Shown here: piece by piece, positions 61,522-64,000 of the stretch
Layout: each line of letters starts with the position of its first letter
Numbering within the stretch: position 1 is the stretch's first letter
Assembly: GCA_048940925.1 (NCBI GenBank)
Contig: JBHLOC010000007.1
Span: 1-64,000 of the forward strand
Length of the DNA stretch: 64,000 bases
Reading direction: 5' to 3'
Source of the DNA: Promethearchaeota archaeon
GTDB taxonomy: Archaea > Asgardarchaeota > Lokiarchaeia > Sigyniarchaeales > SOKP01
Position numbers and translations under genes: made by a program
Notes under the pieces: generated by a model
What the model was told of the DNA's origin: nothing
Databases searched by the model: none
The model's input: the letters and a program-made list of their open reading frames with translations, nothing else

Positions 61522-61576
61522 TTTTTTTATAAACATTAATAGATAACAACATTGGTGCTAATTGATTATTACCCAT

Positions 61577-62008
61577 CTAAAATGAAACTATTTGTAATTC
61601 TTCTATAGAATTAGCTATTCCTCTTAAAATACAGTTTTTATTACGATAATTATTAAAATTAAGTTTGCAACCTTTTAGAATTATGCAATTATCTAATTTG
61701 AAATTATTGCCAATTTTCACATCATCTAATATTATAGAATTAGATATTTCTACATAATCTCCAATTTCTGAATTATTACCAATATAAATATTTGGTCCAA
61801 TGAGCACATCATCACCAATCTTGACTCTATCTCCAAGAACTACTGGTTCCATAAATGTAGGATAATCCCCAATATAATTATCTATCTTCAATCCTTTAAC
61901 ATGTATCTTTAGAAATTCAATCATTAACGCCTGAATTTTTTCAGGCTCTATTTCTTGTCTACTAAGTAATTGCTCTAATTGGGTTAATAACTCTTTCATT
62001 TCTATCAT
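61577..62008 (-). CDS. Left-handed beta-helix (hexapeptide repeat) protein resembling the NDP-sugar pyrophosphorylase C-domain
   Basis: 'PVVLGDRVKIGDDVLIGPNIYIGNNSEIG...SNSIILDDVKIG'. Confidence 0.8.
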   Translation of the reverse strand: MIEMKELLTQLEQLLSRQEIEPEKIQALMIEFLKIHVKGLKIDNYIGDYPTFMEPVVLGDRVKIGDDVLIGPNIYIGNNSEIGDYVEISNSIILDDVKIGNNFKLDNCIILKGCKLNFNNYRNKNCILRGIANSIEELQIVSF

Positions 62009-62020
62009 TCTAAAATAATT

Positions 62021-62737
62021 TTATAAATCTAATTTTTCAATCAATTTTTCAATATTCAAACCAGTTTTAGCACTTGTAGTAATAACTTCTATATCTGGAT
62101 TTATTTCTTTTGCATCCTGAACCATTTTCTTGACATTAGTCCCTAATCTTTCAGCTAAATCGATTTTATTTATAACAGCAATTTGCGACATTTTAAAAAG
62201 CATCGGGTGTTTTTCTACAACCCATTCACCTTCAGTAGTAGATACAATTGTGATTCTTTTATCAGTACCAAGCATGAAATCAGAGGGACAAATTAAATTT
62301 CCTACATTCTCGATAAATAGCAAATCATAATTATTCAAATCTTTATTTTGTATGATTTGGTGTATGTGATAAGCATTTAAAGCACATTCTCGTCCAGTAT
62401 TGATTTGAATAGTTTCAGCATTATGAGATTGAATTCTATCAGCATCTACTCTTGTAGTTATGTCCCCACAGATCACTAATATTCTATATTTTGCTGACAA
62501 AATTTCAACCATTTTCTCGATAATCGCTGTTTTCCCAGCACCAATAGCTCCAACAATATCAATCGATTTTATATTATATTGCTTCAATTCCTGGTTAATC
62601 TGTTGGGCCAAGCGATCATTATCTTTTTCGATTTCCCTTTTAGTTTGAACTACAAAATCTCTGATCTCATCTGTAGCTAAATTTATACTCTCTAATTCTT
62701 TAATCCTTTGAACTTCTTGTTTTCTTTTTTCTGGCAT
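62021..62737 (-). CDS. hypB: Hydrogenase nickel-insertion GTPase HypB
   Basis: GAIGAGKT, 'QINTG', 'ENVGNLICP', 'STTEGE..KHP', NKID. Confidence 0.9.
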   Translation of the reverse strand: MPEKRKQEVQRIKELESINLATDEIRDFVVQTKREIEKDNDRLAQQINQELKQYNIKSIDIVGAIGAGKTAIIEKMVEILSAKYRILVICGDITTRVDADRIQSHNAETIQINTGRECALNAYHIHQIIQNKDLNNYDLLFIENVGNLICPSDFMLGTDKRITIVSTTEGEWVVEKHPMLFKMSQIAVINKIDLAERLGTNVKKMVQDAKEINPDIEVITTSAKTGLNIEKLIEKLDL

Positions 62738-62856
62738 TTGTAATATCAAATACTATGCAGACTATAAGACTTACTTTTATAAATTAAATATTCAAAAAAA
62801 ATTATTTGATAAGTCTTCTAAATTTATATATTTAGGATTTCTCATCATTTTTCAGT

Positions 62857-63840
62857 TTAAGAATAAACTTTTTTAATAATACTTAAAAAATAATCATTCT
62901 CTTTTTTAGAACCTATAGTAACTCGTATATAATCTGATCCCAATTGAGCAGAAGCATTATGTACTAAAATTCCTTTTTCTGTTAGAATTTGTGAAATATT
63001 AGGTATTTTCATTTTTAATAACAAGAAATTAGTATAACTTGGAAAAACATTAATGTTAAATTCTGATAGATACTTGCTAATTCTCTCTTTTTCGTTTTGA
63101 ATTTCATCAACATAATCTGTCATATATCCTGGATTTCTCAAAGCGTTTATTCCTGCTATAACACTGGGATAAGGAAGCATTATTTCTAACCCCTGAAATT
63201 TTCTACGAATTATATCTCCTGCTATTAAATAACCTATTCCTGAACCTGCCAAACCAAATGATTTACTCAATGTTCTTACTATAGCAAGATTAGGGTATTT
63301 TTCAATTAAGTGAATAAAACTAATATTTGAGAATTCGAAATAGGCTTCATCAATTAGGAGAATTACATTATCAATTTTTGATATACTTTCAATGTCCTTT
63401 TGATTTATTATTAAATTCCCCGTTGGATTATTTGGATTATCAAAGACTAGTAAAGAAGGTTTATCAAGTTCTTTAAGCAGGGGATCTATAGATATTTTGA
63501 AATCTGGCTCTTGTAGTCGGATCTTGATAAGTGAACTACCCGTATTTTGAGCAGCATTATTTATTATTATAAAAGTTGGGTCTGAAATTATTATTTGTCG
63601 ATTACTGGAAAAAAGGAAAATAAATTCCTTTATTAAAAGGTCTGAACCTGAACTTAAAAAAAATGAATCATTAGGGATATTACAATAGAGAGACAATTCA
63701 TTAATTAAAGTATCTACTTCCTTTTGTGGAGTATAACGATGAATCTTTCTAATACATTTCTTTACAGGATTAGTTACTGTTTTTGGAGGAGACTTATACA
63801 TTTCATTTAAGTTTAGTTTAACATTCATAATTTGAATCAC
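62857..63840 (-). CDS. PLP-dependent class I/II aminotransferase (HisC/CobD-like)
   Basis: 'KLNLNE', 'GSD', 'NPNNPTG', 'DEAY', 'RTLSK.FGLAG', 'NFLL', 'IRVTIG'. Confidence 0.85.
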   Translation of the reverse strand: MIQIMNVKLNLNEMYKSPPKTVTNPVKKCIRKIHRYTPQKEVDTLINELSLYCNIPNDSFFLSSGSDLLIKEFIFLFSSNRQIIISDPTFIIINNAAQNTGSSLIKIRLQEPDFKISIDPLLKELDKPSLLVFDNPNNPTGNLIINQKDIESISKIDNVILLIDEAYFEFSNISFIHLIEKYPNLAIVRTLSKSFGLAGSGIGYLIAGDIIRRKFQGLEIMLPYPSVIAGINALRNPGYMTDYVDEIQNEKERISKYLSEFNINVFPSYTNFLLLKMKIPNISQILTEKGILVHNASAQLGSDYIRVTIGSKKENDYFLSIIKKVYS

Positions 63841-63930
63841 AAACTTGAATTTGTTTTAATTGTAATTTATATTCTTTATTAAAATAAATAACAGAACTTT
63901 AAAAAATAAAATAATTTAATTCACTGCTAA

Positions 63931-64000
63931 CTAACATTCTATTGGAATAATTAATTCTTCCTTATATCCTATTATTACTTTAGTAAATCCCTTAATTAAA
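63931..64000 (-). CDS. C-terminal end of a CDS running off the window, possibly ATP-NAD kinase family
   Basis: Open frame LIKGFTKVIIGYKEELIIPIEC* resembles the 'G..RVI.GY.E' C-terminus of archaeal ATP-NAD kinase-like proteins; only 22 codons visible. Confidence 0.4.
   Translation of the reverse strand, partial: LIKGFTKVIIGYKEELIIPIEC

Noticed and set aside
2564-62648. Numerous 60-160 aa ORFs antisense to, or overlapping, confident genes (e.g. 22289-22756, 26954-27427, 30517-30924, 49851-50324)
   Set aside because: Fully overlap well-supported CDSs and have no motifs; expected shadow ORFs

Overview
AT-rich archaeal chromosome segment, very likely from an Asgard archaeon (Lokiarchaeia/Promethearchaeota). 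The assignment rests on an actin-family gene, a Rab-like small GTPase with an N-terminal longin/DENN-like extension, archaeal TFB genes, Loki-CTERM-like surface proteins, a multi-PAS kinase and 7TM-zinc-finger architecture. About 60 CDSs, mostly housekeeping or metabolic, plus two pseudogene remnants missing from the ORF track (an acyl-CoA ligase C-terminus at 39.9-40.0 kb and a GNAT at 61.0-61.5 kb). I saw no rRNA, tRNA, CRISPR array or intact mobile element. Best candidates for undescribed systems: (1) 29.7-36.6 kb, two paralogous SERCA-scaffold P-type ATPases that have lost the Ca2+ site-II ligands (TM4 PEGL replaced by PFNL/PINL, resembling the P4-flippase PISL; TM6 Asp replaced by His) flanking a VMP1/DedA-family gene, a possible lipid-translocation module; (2) 9.0-12.3 kb, a divergent actin co-oriented with a coiled-coil + polyproline + WH2/EVH2-like-tail protein resembling a minimal WASP/VASP-type actin regulator. 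All family calls come from motif reading by eye; no database searches were run.
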